A stretch of 64,000 bases of DNA from Planctomycetota bacterium (GTDB lineage: Bacteria; Planctomycetota; UBA11346). This document shows positions 33,985 through 46,472 of this stretch, one piece after another; positions within the stretch are counted from its first letter, which is position 1, and the number at the start of each line of letters is the position of its first letter. The translations under genes were made by a program, and so were the position numbers. Below the pieces are notes generated by a model. That model had not been told where the DNA came from. It saw nothing but the letters and a program-made list of their open reading frames with translations, and ran no database searches. The stretch is taken from contig JBBQSO010000013.1 in the NCBI GenBank assembly GCA_038213805.1, positions 1 through 64,000 of the forward strand, given 5' to 3'.

Positions 33985-36120
33985 ATGCCGCTCCATTCCC
34001 TCGATTTCCACGCCCACCACAGTCCGCTCGGGGCCTATGCCTCGTTCACCTGCGGGCGCTTCGGGGCGGGCGGCGGGCTGGCTATCGAAGGCACGCGGCC
34101 GCCGACCCAGGATCTGGTCATCGGTTACGCCGAGGCGGACGGCGTGGTCCACGCGCTGCCGTTCTACACCGGGGCGCTGGCCAAGCAGGAGGACTTCGGG
34201 CTGGCCGCAGCCGCGGATGACAAGCCGCGGCGCCGGCCGCTTGAGGCCGGTCTGGAGCGTCACTACGGACGCGGCAGCGACCGCTGGACCTGCGGCGACT
34301 TCTCTTTCGCCATCCATACGCCGGTCTTCCCCCTGCCGGATCCGGACCACGGCGGAACAGAGGCCCTGCAAGACGTGGTCCTGCCGGTAGTGGCGGCGAC
34401 GCTGCGCCTCGACAACCGGACATGCGCGCATGCACGGACCCTGGTCTTCGGCATCTCGCCGGGCCGGCCGTGCCGCATGATCGACGACGCCGGCGATGGA
34501 CTTGCGGTTGGCTGGGGCCTGGAACTCGGCTTGGCGGCCGCACGGCAGCCCGGACTGCAGGCCTGGGTCGAGTGGGATGAACAGGCCTTCCTGCGCCATG
34601 GCCGCAGCCACCTGCTCGGCGCGGCGTGCGGATTCGTGCTGACCGTGCCCGCGGGGGAGGCGCGCGAGCTCGACCTGGTGTGCGGCTTCCATCGCGCCGG
34701 CGTTGTGACCACCGGCCTGGAAACGCGCTATTGGTACACGCGGCGCCATGGCTCGCTCGGCAGCGTCCTAAAGGCGGGGCTCGCGCGCCTACCACTTCTC
34801 AAGGCGCGCGCCGCGGAGATGGACCGCGCGCTGGCGGCGAGTGCGCTTGACGACGACCGCCGCTTCCTGGTCGCGCACGCGGAGCGCAGCTACTGGGGGA
34901 ACACCCAGCTTCTCGATCACGGTGGCAAACCCTTGTGGGTCGTGCTTGAAGGTGAGTACGCGATGATCAACACCTTCGACCTGACCGTCGACATGTGCTG
35001 CTACGAGCTGGCGCGCAATCCCTGGACGGTGCGCAACGTGCTCGACCAGTTCATCGACCGCTACAGCTTCGTCGACACCCTGGCGCGGCCCGCGGAGGGC
35101 GCGACGCGCATCGCCCACTCGCATAACCGCGACCCGCACCAGCTCGGGCGCTTCGTGCCGCCGCCGGCGGCGACCGGGCTGCCGGGCGGCATCAGCTTCA
35201 CGCACGATATGGGCGTGTACGGGCACTTCACCGCGCCCGGGACCTCCAGCTACGAGGTCTCCGGGTTGGCTGGCTGCTTCAGCCAGATGACCGCGGAACA
35301 GCTGGTGAACTGGATCCTGACGGCGGTGAGCTACGTGCACGCCAGCGGCGATCGCGACTGGCTGCGTGCACGCGCCGGAGTCTTCGCGTCCAGCCTGGAA
35401 TCGCTGCTCAACCGCGATGATCCCGACCCGGCGCGACGCGCCGGCATCGTGCGCCTCGACTCGGATCGCTGCGCGGGTGGTTGGGAGATCACCACCTACG
35501 ACAGCCTCGACGCCAGCCTTGGCCAGGCGCGCGGCAATCTCTATCTCGCGACCAAGGCGTGGGCAGCGTGGCTGGGACTGGAGCACGCCTGCACGCTGCT
35601 CGGGGACGCGGATCGTGCCGCAACGGCAGCGCAGGGCGCCGCGCGCGCCGGGGCGACCATCGCTGCACATTTCGACACCGCGCTGGGGTGGATCCCGGCG
35701 GTGTTCGAGGCGGGCAACCGCAGCGCCATCATCCCCGCCGTCGAAGGCCTGCTCTTCCCCATGCGCTGGGGCATGGCCGCTGCGCTCGACCGCGCCGGCC
35801 CGCACGGCGCGCTGCTCGCTGCGCTCGAACGCCACCTGTGCGCGGTGCTGCGCCCCGGCGTCTGCCTGTTCCCGGACGGCGGCTGGAAGCTGTCGAGCAC
35901 GTCCGACAACAGCTGGATGAGCAAGATCTTCCTCTGTCAGCACGTCGCAGAACGGGTCTTTGGCATCATTCCCGATCCCGCCAGCCACGCCGCGCATGCG
36001 CGCTGGCAGCAAATCGGCTCACGCGACTGGGCGATGAGCGACCAGTGTTTCAGCGGCGAAGGCAAGGCGAGCAAGTACTACCCGCGCTGCGTGACGGCGG
36101 ATATGTGGCTGGACGCATGA
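33985..36120 (+). CDS. Glycoside hydrolase family 52 beta-xylosidase
   Basis: HHSPLGAYASFT.G, EGEY.M.NTFDLTVD, SFTHDMG, EITTYDSLD, NSWMSKI, SKYYPR. Confidence 0.93.
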   Translation: MPLHSLDFHAHHSPLGAYASFTCGRFGAGGGLAIEGTRPPTQDLVIGYAEADGVVHALPFYTGALAKQEDFGLAAAADDKPRRRPLEAGLERHYGRGSDRWTCGDFSFAIHTPVFPLPDPDHGGTEALQDVVLPVVAATLRLDNRTCAHARTLVFGISPGRPCRMIDDAGDGLAVGWGLELGLAAARQPGLQAWVEWDEQAFLRHGRSHLLGAACGFVLTVPAGEARELDLVCGFHRAGVVTTGLETRYWYTRRHGSLGSVLKAGLARLPLLKARAAEMDRALAASALDDDRRFLVAHAERSYWGNTQLLDHGGKPLWVVLEGEYAMINTFDLTVDMCCYELARNPWTVRNVLDQFIDRYSFVDTLARPAEGATRIAHSHNRDPHQLGRFVPPPAATGLPGGISFTHDMGVYGHFTAPGTSSYEVSGLAGCFSQMTAEQLVNWILTAVSYVHASGDRDWLRARAGVFASSLESLLNRDDPDPARRAGIVRLDSDRCAGGWEITTYDSLDASLGQARGNLYLATKAWAAWLGLEHACTLLGDADRAATAAQGAARAGATIAAHFDTALGWIPAVFEAGNRSAIIPAVEGLLFPMRWGMAAALDRAGPHGALLAALERHLCAVLRPGVCLFPDGGWKLSSTSDNSWMSKIFLCQHVAERVFGIIPDPASHAAHARWQQIGSRDWAMSDQCFSGEGKASKYYPRCVTADMWLDA

Positions 36121-36142
36121 CCTGGCGCGACAGATCGCACAC

Positions 36143-36442
36143 ATGCAGCTCGACCAAACCCTGATAGCCCGACTTCGCTCCCTCTTCGAAGAAGGAGCGA
36201 CGGTGGTGGCCATCGTATCCGTCATTTGCGAGGCTCTCCAGCTGGAGAGGGAAGCGCGGATCCTCGTCCTCGTCTATTTCCGCGCCGCATTCCTGCTCAG
36301 TCTGCCTGAGGCGCTTCCCATCGGCGGATGGTCGGGATTCTTCGGCGGGGGCACGTATAGCGATGGAGACATCGAGCGCATGCTGCGACCCATCATCGCC
36401 GCGCGTCAGGACGAGTGGAGCCGGGAATGGGGTGATTCCTGA
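36143..36442 (+). CDS. Small hypothetical protein
   Basis: Clean 99-aa ORF filling the gap; less GC-rich codons than its neighbours. Confidence 0.6.
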   Translation: MQLDQTLIARLRSLFEEGATVVAIVSVICEALQLEREARILVLVYFRAAFLLSLPEALPIGGWSGFFGGGTYSDGDIERMLRPIIAARQDEWSREWGDS

Positions 36443-36524
36443 GTTGCAGAATTCCACACTCCGCTCATGCCATCCGAAGGCGCTTCCGTCTCAGCCCGCT
36501 GTTCCCATCGGCGGCACGCCCCCT

Positions 36525-37994
<1,470 letters not shown>

Positions 37995-38067
37995 GACGGG
38001 TTCTTCCTACTTTCTCGGCTGTTCTCGATGCGCGTCTGCGGACTATTTCATGGTCAAAGTCTTCTCC

Positions 38068-38093
38068 GACTTCTGGACTTCCGGACCTCCGGA

Positions 38094-38095
<2 letters not shown>
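38068..38095. repeat. Single octamer array (GGACTTCC type)
   Basis: Direct reading, at the stop of the DUF1553 gene. Confidence 0.75.
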
Positions 38096-40307
<2,212 letters not shown>

Positions 40308-40373
40308 GGCGGAGGACGGCTCCGAGGAAGGATATCTTCCAACCTAGGCACCGGGCGCCGGAAGCGCTGAACG

Positions 40374-41231
40374 TCAGGCCGGACGTTCTGAACCGGCGCG
40401 CAGGCGCCACTCGCTGGGCGTGGCGCCCATGGCGCGGCGGAAATGCCGCGCGAAATATTCCGGGTCGCGGTAACCGACACGGCGTGCGACCTGGGCGATG
40501 GTCAGCGAACCTTCGGCGAGCATGCCTGCGGCGCGATCCATGCGTAGCTGGGCCAGGTACTTGAGCGGCGTAGTCCCGAGCGTGCGCTGGAACACCCGAT
40601 TGAGGTGCTGGGGGCTGAAGCCGGCGCGCCTCGCCAGGAATTCCAGCGTCAGCGGCCGGTCGACGTGGTTGCCGATCAGGACCAGCAGCTCCGCGACCAG
40701 CGGATCGGCGACGCCCTGGTCGAGCAGCCCGCGCGCCGCGTTGTCGCGGAACAGCTCGCGCACGATAAGATGCGCCCAGCCCGGGAACATCTGCAGGCGC
40801 TCCTCGCTGCGCGGTCGCGCGAACTCGCCCATGAAGCCGCGGAAGTAGCCATCGAAGCGCGACCCCGGCGGAATGAACTGGTGCGCCGGCGGGCCGAGCA
40901 GACGGAACGCATCCTGGCCGCCGGGCAAGGTCGCCAGCACGTGCAGCGAGCCGAGCGTGACCGCCGGTTCCAGGCAGTACCCGGAGTGCCACACGCCCGG
41001 CGGCACGATGGTCAGCCAGCCCGGCTCGAGCAGCAGCTCGGTGTCCTCGACCACCCACACCACGCGGCCACGGGTGACGTAGATGAAGTTGTAGTCCGGC
41101 ACGGTGCGGTGCTCGAGCGCGTAGTCACGCTCGTGATGCTGCAGCGAGCACAGCTGGGTCACCACGTGCATGGTGCCGAGAATGCGGTCAAGCAGGGCGT
41201 CGATGGGCGAGAGCGCGGGCGGTGTGGGCAT
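40374..41231 (-). CDS. AraC family transcriptional regulator
   Basis: N-terminal cupin; LARRAGFS..HL.R.F; VGYRDPEYFARHF; start uncertain. Confidence 0.92.
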   Translation of the reverse strand: MPTPPALSPIDALLDRILGTMHVVTQLCSLQHHERDYALEHRTVPDYNFIYVTRGRVVWVVEDTELLLEPGWLTIVPPGVWHSGYCLEPAVTLGSLHVLATLPGGQDAFRLLGPPAHQFIPPGSRFDGYFRGFMGEFARPRSEERLQMFPGWAHLIVRELFRDNAARGLLDQGVADPLVAELLVLIGNHVDRPLTLEFLARRAGFSPQHLNRVFQRTLGTTPLKYLAQLRMDRAAGMLAEGSLTIAQVARRVGYRDPEYFARHFRRAMGATPSEWRLRAGSERPA

Positions 41232-41370
41232 GGGGCGGTTCCCGACGCTCAGCATGCTAGCGCGCCCGGAGAAAATGAGGATCGGGGCATGCTGCGCGAC
41301 GTTGTCTTCCCTGGGACAGCGGGCCACTGGCCCGCTGTCCCAGGATGGAGACCTCCTGCGGCGGCGAAGC

Positions 41371-41907
41371 TCAGCGCGGCAGCGCGCGCTCGAGGTAGTG
41401 CAGGCCGTGCACCAGGAAGCTGCTCGCCGGCTGCTTCTCGGTGAGTGTCCAGGCCTCGGCGCGGGTCATGAGTTCGACCTCGATCAGCTCGAGCGCCTCC
41501 AGTGCGCGCGTGCCGGTCGGGGTCAGTCCGGTGGCCAGCACCACGTGCACGGCGTGCCGCAGCAGGCCGGGCAAGGCCTCGTAGCTGCCGAGCAGACGGC
41601 AGGCGCCGGCGCGATAGCCGGTCTCCTCCTCGAGTTCGCGCACGCCCGCGGCGCACGGGTCCTCGCCATGCTCGATGCCGCCAGCCGGAAACTCGTGGAG
41701 CCAGGCACGGTAGGGATGGCGGTAGATGCGTTCGACCACCAGGCGCCCGTCGTCGAGCACCGGCACCACCACCACCGCATCCCATTTCGATTCGACGAAG
41801 GAGTAGGTGTACGCGCCGGTCGGCGTCGTCAGGTCTTCTTCGACGTGGGTGAAGAAGCGGTTGCTGCCGCGCTCACGGCGCGCGGCGATGGGCGGGATGT
41901 GGCTCAC
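41371..41907 (-). CDS. Nudix hydrolase (ADP-ribose pyrophosphatase-like)
   Basis: Nudix box GGIEHGEDPCAAGVRELEEETGY; YRHP..EFPAG; GTG start inferred. Confidence 0.92.
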   Translation of the reverse strand: MSHIPPIAARRERGSNRFFTHVEEDLTTPTGAYTYSFVESKWDAVVVVPVLDDGRLVVERIYRHPYRAWLHEFPAGGIEHGEDPCAAGVRELEEETGYRAGACRLLGSYEALPGLLRHAVHVVLATGLTPTGTRALEALELIEVELMTRAEAWTLTEKQPASSFLVHGLHYLERALPR

Positions 41908-41961
41908 GGGGCCGCCGTCGGCGCCGCTGCGAACCACGGACGCACTTCGCGGCGGCCCCGG

Positions 41962-42091
41962 GTCCGGAAGTCCGGAGGTCCGGAAGTCCGGAAGTCGACA
42001 CCCGCTCGCGCAACGCCGATCCGCAGCACGGGCACCTGCAAACGCGCCAGCGTCCCGACTTCCGGACTCCCGGACCTCCGGACTTCCGGAC
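41962..42091. repeat. Inverted pair of octamer arrays
   Basis: Arms at 41962-41997 and 42056-42091, complementary at 35 of 36 positions. Confidence 0.92.
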
Positions 42092-42097
42092 GTTTCG

Positions 42098-42496
42098 TCA
42101 TGGCAGAGGCAGGAACGGCGTCTGATCAAAACGCTCGTCAAGGTCCTCGTAGACCGCGGTGATCTCGTCGATGGGGATGTAGACGCGGTAGCGGTGCGCC
42201 TCGGCGCCGAACTTGTCGATGGCGTCGGCGAGCAGGATCTCGCGGCGGCCCTCGTTGAATTCGTCCTTCTTGGTGCCCTGGTAGATGCGCCGGCTCATCT
42301 CCGCCGACCAGTGCAGGCAGCGCACCTCGCCGACGATCAGCTCCTTGCGGAATTCCATCAGCTTGAGGATGAAGCGCTCGCCGCGCCGCACGATCACCGT
42401 CGCCACGCGCTGCTGGTCGACCATCGATTCGAGGACCTTGGCCAGGCTCCCCGGGTGGTCGGTGCCCGGCACGATGATCTTCTTGTCCCCGCTCAT
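42098..42496 (-). CDS. Hypothetical protein, possible Sm/Hfq-like fold
   Basis: GGAGG RBS; 132 aa; helix followed by ATVIVRRGERFILKLMEF..LIV and RVYIPIDEITAV. Confidence 0.7.
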   Translation of the reverse strand: MSGDKKIIVPGTDHPGSLAKVLESMVDQQRVATVIVRRGERFILKLMEFRKELIVGEVRCLHWSAEMSRRIYQGTKKDEFNEGRREILLADAIDKFGAEAHRYRVYIPIDEITAVYEDLDERFDQTPFLPLP

Positions 42497-42557
42497 GCGT
42501 CCTCCGCTGAACGCCGTGTCGCGTGCGCGACCCCCGCGACCGGTTTCAGCCGGTCGT

Positions 42558-42594
42558 CGACTTCCGGACTTCCGGACCTCCGCACTTCCGGACC
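42558..42594. repeat. Single octamer array (GGACTTCC type)
   Basis: Direct reading, just after the stop of the HisG-like gene. Confidence 0.8.
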
Positions 42595-42599
42595 CTCCC

Positions 42600-43781
42600 T
42601 CACACCAGCCTCGCGCCAAGCTTCTCGCGCAGCTTCGCGCGCCACGCCGGGGTGTGGTCGGCGTCGGTGACCGGCGCCAGGCACTCGACCAAGCGGCCGA
42701 TGGCGGCGTTGTGGTTGAGACGCTCCTGGTTGACCGCGACGATGGTCTCGGAGGTGATGATCTCATCGCCGACCACGCACAGTTCGGGCATGCACGCCAC
42801 GGTCGAGCCGCTGCGCACGATGTAGATGCCGATGCGGCCCTGTTCGGCGCAGACCTTCTCGATGTCCTTGGGGCCGACCTCGAAGGTGATGCCAAGCGCG
42901 CGCGCGTCGAGTATGCAGGTGTAGAGCTCTTCATACTGCGGGTCGATCAGCACCGGCTGGCCGCGCAGCAGCGCGAGCTTGGGATCGCTGCCGTCGGTGG
43001 CCCAGCGCCGCCCGCCACCCAGGGCCGTGGCCTTGGCCGCGGTGGCGCGGTCCATCAGCACGCAGTGCCCGAGGTAGTCGTCCAGGCCGAGGCTGCCGAG
43101 GATGCGCACGTCGGTGTTGGTCTCGATGAGGTGGCTCTTGAGCTCCTTCCAGTTGCGCACCTTCGGCGTGTCGAGCGCGTCGAGCAGGGTGTTGTGGAAG
43201 GCGTCGTAGCAGGTCAGCGAGAGGTCGCGCTTGTGCTTGCGCAGGTAGGTCGGCGTGACCTCGTGGTCGGTGCCGAGCAGCACCCCGCGCACCGCGCAGG
43301 TCGCGCCCGGCGGGGTGTAGTCGAACTCGAGCTGGTTGAAGACCATGCGGCTGGGTTTTCCCGGCCGCGTCAGGTCGAGCTGCAGGTGCATGCTGAGCGC
43401 CGCCTCGCTGACCTCGTGATCAAGGTCGTAGCGCAGCTTGTTGAGCATCAGCTCGACGCCGCTCTTGCCGGTGTAGTCGAGCTGGGTCTTGCCGGACCCG
43501 TCCTGATAGCGGCGCATGCGCTTGAGCGCCTGGTCAATCTCGTCGAGGTCGTGGCCGAAGCGGTCGGCGGCGCGCATCGTCGATTCGACGGCATAGCCGC
43601 TGCTCTGCCACAGCTGGATGAGACCCTCCTCAAGCTTGACGCGGCGCTTGTCCTCCTTGATCAGACGGCGCAGCGCCGCGACCAGTTCGGGGCGCAGCCA
43701 GCCCAGGGCGACGAGCCGCTTCAGCACATCGTCGAAGCTGCCCCCCTTGGGTGGGATGGCGACCAGCACCGGTTCGGACAT
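42600..43781 (-). CDS. Divergent ATP phosphoribosyltransferase (HisG)-fold protein with large helical insertion
   Basis: Colinear HisG-like blocks VAIPPKG, PTYL...DLSLTCYD, DVRILGSLGL, KDIE, IVRSGST, EIITSETIVAVN; GAGG RBS. Confidence 0.65.
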   Translation of the reverse strand: MSEPVLVAIPPKGGSFDDVLKRLVALGWLRPELVAALRRLIKEDKRRVKLEEGLIQLWQSSGYAVESTMRAADRFGHDLDEIDQALKRMRRYQDGSGKTQLDYTGKSGVELMLNKLRYDLDHEVSEAALSMHLQLDLTRPGKPSRMVFNQLEFDYTPPGATCAVRGVLLGTDHEVTPTYLRKHKRDLSLTCYDAFHNTLLDALDTPKVRNWKELKSHLIETNTDVRILGSLGLDDYLGHCVLMDRATAAKATALGGGRRWATDGSDPKLALLRGQPVLIDPQYEELYTCILDARALGITFEVGPKDIEKVCAEQGRIGIYIVRSGSTVACMPELCVVGDEIITSETIVAVNQERLNHNAAIGRLVECLAPVTDADHTPAWRAKLREKLGARLV

Positions 43782-43919
43782 GGGACGATTCCTCGGAGGG
43801 GCACAGGGTGCGATCCTCACCCGGGATCGCAAGCGGGGACGCCCGCGAACCGGCAGTCCACATGAGCACGGACGCAGGCCACGAGAGTCGAGACCAGCGA
43901 CCCTCGACACGAGGTTCCG

Positions 43920-45308
43920 CTAGTGTCGCCGCTCCAGCGCGATGCGCACCGCGACCCGCTCCGGCCCATCGCTGAGCAGCTGGGGCAGGGCGGCGCCCTG
44001 CGGCTTGTCGAGCAACTTGCGCAGTCCTTCGGCCGCACCCGGATCGCCGAGCTGATCGAGGAGGATGATCAGCCCGAGCCGCGCGCGCGCATCGGCGACG
44101 GCGTTGATGCGCGCCAACAGCGGCTGCGTCCAGCGCGCCGCGTCGTCGGCGGCGAGCACCGCCCAGGCGCGCGCCGGCCACCACGGCGAGCCGTTGCCGA
44201 GCGCGCCTTCGACCAGGGGCATGAGCTGCGCCGTGGTGAACCCGGCGAGCTCGGCGCGGGTGGCCACGTGCGCGGGATCGTGGCAGGCGGCGATGAACTG
44301 GTCACGGAACACCAGCGCCTGGACCTCGGCACCGTGGTCGCGCCACCACAGGTCCCAGGCGTGGCCGGCACCGGCGGCATAGCCGGTGAGCTGGCGCAGG
44401 GTCTCCGCAGCGGCGGTGCGCAGCTCGTCGCCCGAGCCGTCGGCGGCAGCGGCGCGGCACAGCACCTCCAGCGCGCGGCTGTCGCCGTTCGCGCCCAGGG
44501 AACGGGCGGCGGCGGCGGCGACCGCGGTGCTGCCGGGTGCCGCCAGCACCGCGGTCAGGGCCGGGCACAGGCGTGGGTCGCCGACCATCTCGCTGACTTC
44601 GATGAGCGCGAGCTGCTCGAGCCCGCGGCGCTCGCCGATGAGGCCGGCGAGCGGTGGAACCGCCGCCGCCTGCATGACCAGGGCGCCGAGGCTGGCGCGC
44701 TCGTCGCGGCGCACCAGGTCGTCGCTCTCGCGTCCGTAGCCGCACAGCACGGCCAGGCCCTGGGGGTCGCCGAGCAGCCCCAGGCCGCGTGCCGCGGACT
44801 GGCGGATGTCGGGCTCGCTGGCGCGCAGCAGCTCGCCGAGGCGGGCGAACGCGCCGGCGCCGCGCGCGCGGCCGAGGAGCAGGGCGCTGAGCTCGCGGAC
44901 GCGGCGGTCCGGGTCATGGCTGATACCCAGCACCAGCTTGGTGCCATCGTCCCCGCCGATGCTCGCGGCGACCGTCGCGACGCGCACGCGCACCTGCCAG
45001 TCGGGATCGTTGGCGAGCACCCCTAGGTCGGGCAGCACCTCGGTCCCGCGCCGGATCAGCGCCGCCATTGCTTCATTGTGGACGTCGGGTCGCGGATCGG
45101 TGATACCGGCGATCGCCTGCTCCCACGGTTTGCCTTTGCCGGCCTTGGCCTCGGGCAGGGGCCCGACCGCAGCTTTGAGGTCTTTGACCGCCTGGATGAC
45201 GTCGACGCCCTGGACCGGGGGCACATCTTCGGCGCGCAGCGTGGGTGCGACGGGCGCAGCGAGCGCGGCGACCAGCAAAATACGAAGGATGCAAGTCGGG
45301 ATGGCCAT
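43920..45308 (-). CDS. Exported HEAT-repeat protein
   Basis: Signal peptide; repeated D.D..VR..A motifs and LG..GD..A helices. Confidence 0.85.
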   Translation of the reverse strand: MAIPTCILRILLVAALAAPVAPTLRAEDVPPVQGVDVIQAVKDLKAAVGPLPEAKAGKGKPWEQAIAGITDPRPDVHNEAMAALIRRGTEVLPDLGVLANDPDWQVRVRVATVAASIGGDDGTKLVLGISHDPDRRVRELSALLLGRARGAGAFARLGELLRASEPDIRQSAARGLGLLGDPQGLAVLCGYGRESDDLVRRDERASLGALVMQAAAVPPLAGLIGERRGLEQLALIEVSEMVGDPRLCPALTAVLAAPGSTAVAAAAARSLGANGDSRALEVLCRAAAADGSGDELRTAAAETLRQLTGYAAGAGHAWDLWWRDHGAEVQALVFRDQFIAACHDPAHVATRAELAGFTTAQLMPLVEGALGNGSPWWPARAWAVLAADDAARWTQPLLARINAVADARARLGLIILLDQLGDPGAAEGLRKLLDKPQGAALPQLLSDGPERVAVRIALERRH

Positions 45309-45520
45309 GCGCGTATGATGGAGTCGGGAAAACCGTGGCAACCAGCGTCCTGGCAGCAGGTTGGCAGTCTGCAACCGGTTGCGCCACCGCGCTCATGGCG
45401 CACACGTCAGCCCTTGCGGCCCCCATGCTCAGCCGGTATCACCCGCTCCCCACCTGAACGAGTCCTCGGCCCCTCGCCTTTCTGCTTTCCGCCTTCTCCT
45501 TCCCGATTCGGAGCATCCTC

Positions 45521-46429
45521 ATGAGCGCGCAATTCGGCACCTGGATCGGCAGCGGCGCGGCAGGCACCTGGAAGCCCCAGATCGATCCCAGCCTGGTCGA
45601 CGATCCGCGCTTCCCCGCCCTGCTGGCGAGCGCCGCCGACGGGGTCTCCTTCGCGGGCGCGGTGGCGCTGGTCACCGGGGCCAGCGACCCCAACTCGATC
45701 GGGTACGCGATCGCCCGCAATCTCGCCAGCGGTGGCGCGAAGGTGGTAATAACCGGCAGTCGCGACCTGCCCCGCATCATCGCCACGGCCGAGCAGCTGG
45801 CGCGCGAGGCCGGCGCCGGCGCGGTGCTGCCGGCGCAGGTCAACCAGGGCGACTTCGCCCAACTCGACGCGCTGCTCGAGCACATCAAGGGCCAGGGCCT
45901 GGCGTTCACGCACCTCTTTCCGTTCGCCGCGGTCAATCACCCCGCATTGTTCGTCGGCATCAAGCCCGAGGACTATGCGCGGGTGTTCTCCGTCAACGTC
46001 TTCGGCGTCTACCATCTGGTCGGCAAACACGCGCGTCAGGCGCCGCGCAGCACGCCGTGGTACGTGGTCGTGCCCCTGTCGCCCAATGACGGCCGCCTGC
46101 AGGGCTCCGGGCTCTACCCGGCGACCAAGCAGGCGCTCATCCCGATCGTCATCCAAGGCCAGAACGAGGTTGGCGACCGCCGCAACGGTCACTACCTGGG
46201 CGTGAGCATCGCCTGGACGCGCTCGGCGCTGATGAGCCAGCTCGATGCCGGCGTCGAAGCCGCCCGCGCCCAGGGGCTGAAGGTCTTCGAGACGCGCGAC
46301 ACCGCCGATGTCTGCACGCTCTGCGGCACCCCCGGCGCGCAGGCGCTCAAGGGCACCACCATCGACGCGGCGGGTGGTTTCGGGAAGGTCGACGCGAAGG
46401 CCATGGGCAAGGTCTTCGCCGCGCACTAG
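45521..46429 (+). CDS. SDR oxidoreductase resembling the fungal/mycobacterial FAS-I ketoreductase domain
   Basis: LVTGAS..SIG, GGAKVVIT.SR, NQG, FPFAA, PLSPN.G, LY...K, I.WTR..LMS. Confidence 0.85.
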   Translation: MSAQFGTWIGSGAAGTWKPQIDPSLVDDPRFPALLASAADGVSFAGAVALVTGASDPNSIGYAIARNLASGGAKVVITGSRDLPRIIATAEQLAREAGAGAVLPAQVNQGDFAQLDALLEHIKGQGLAFTHLFPFAAVNHPALFVGIKPEDYARVFSVNVFGVYHLVGKHARQAPRSTPWYVVVPLSPNDGRLQGSGLYPATKQALIPIVIQGQNEVGDRRNGHYLGVSIAWTRSALMSQLDAGVEAARAQGLKVFETRDTADVCTLCGTPGAQALKGTTIDAAGGFGKVDAKAMGKVFAAH

Positions 46430-46472
46430 AGGACCGGACCGTCGACCGCGCCCATCACGCCTTGGAGCTCAC

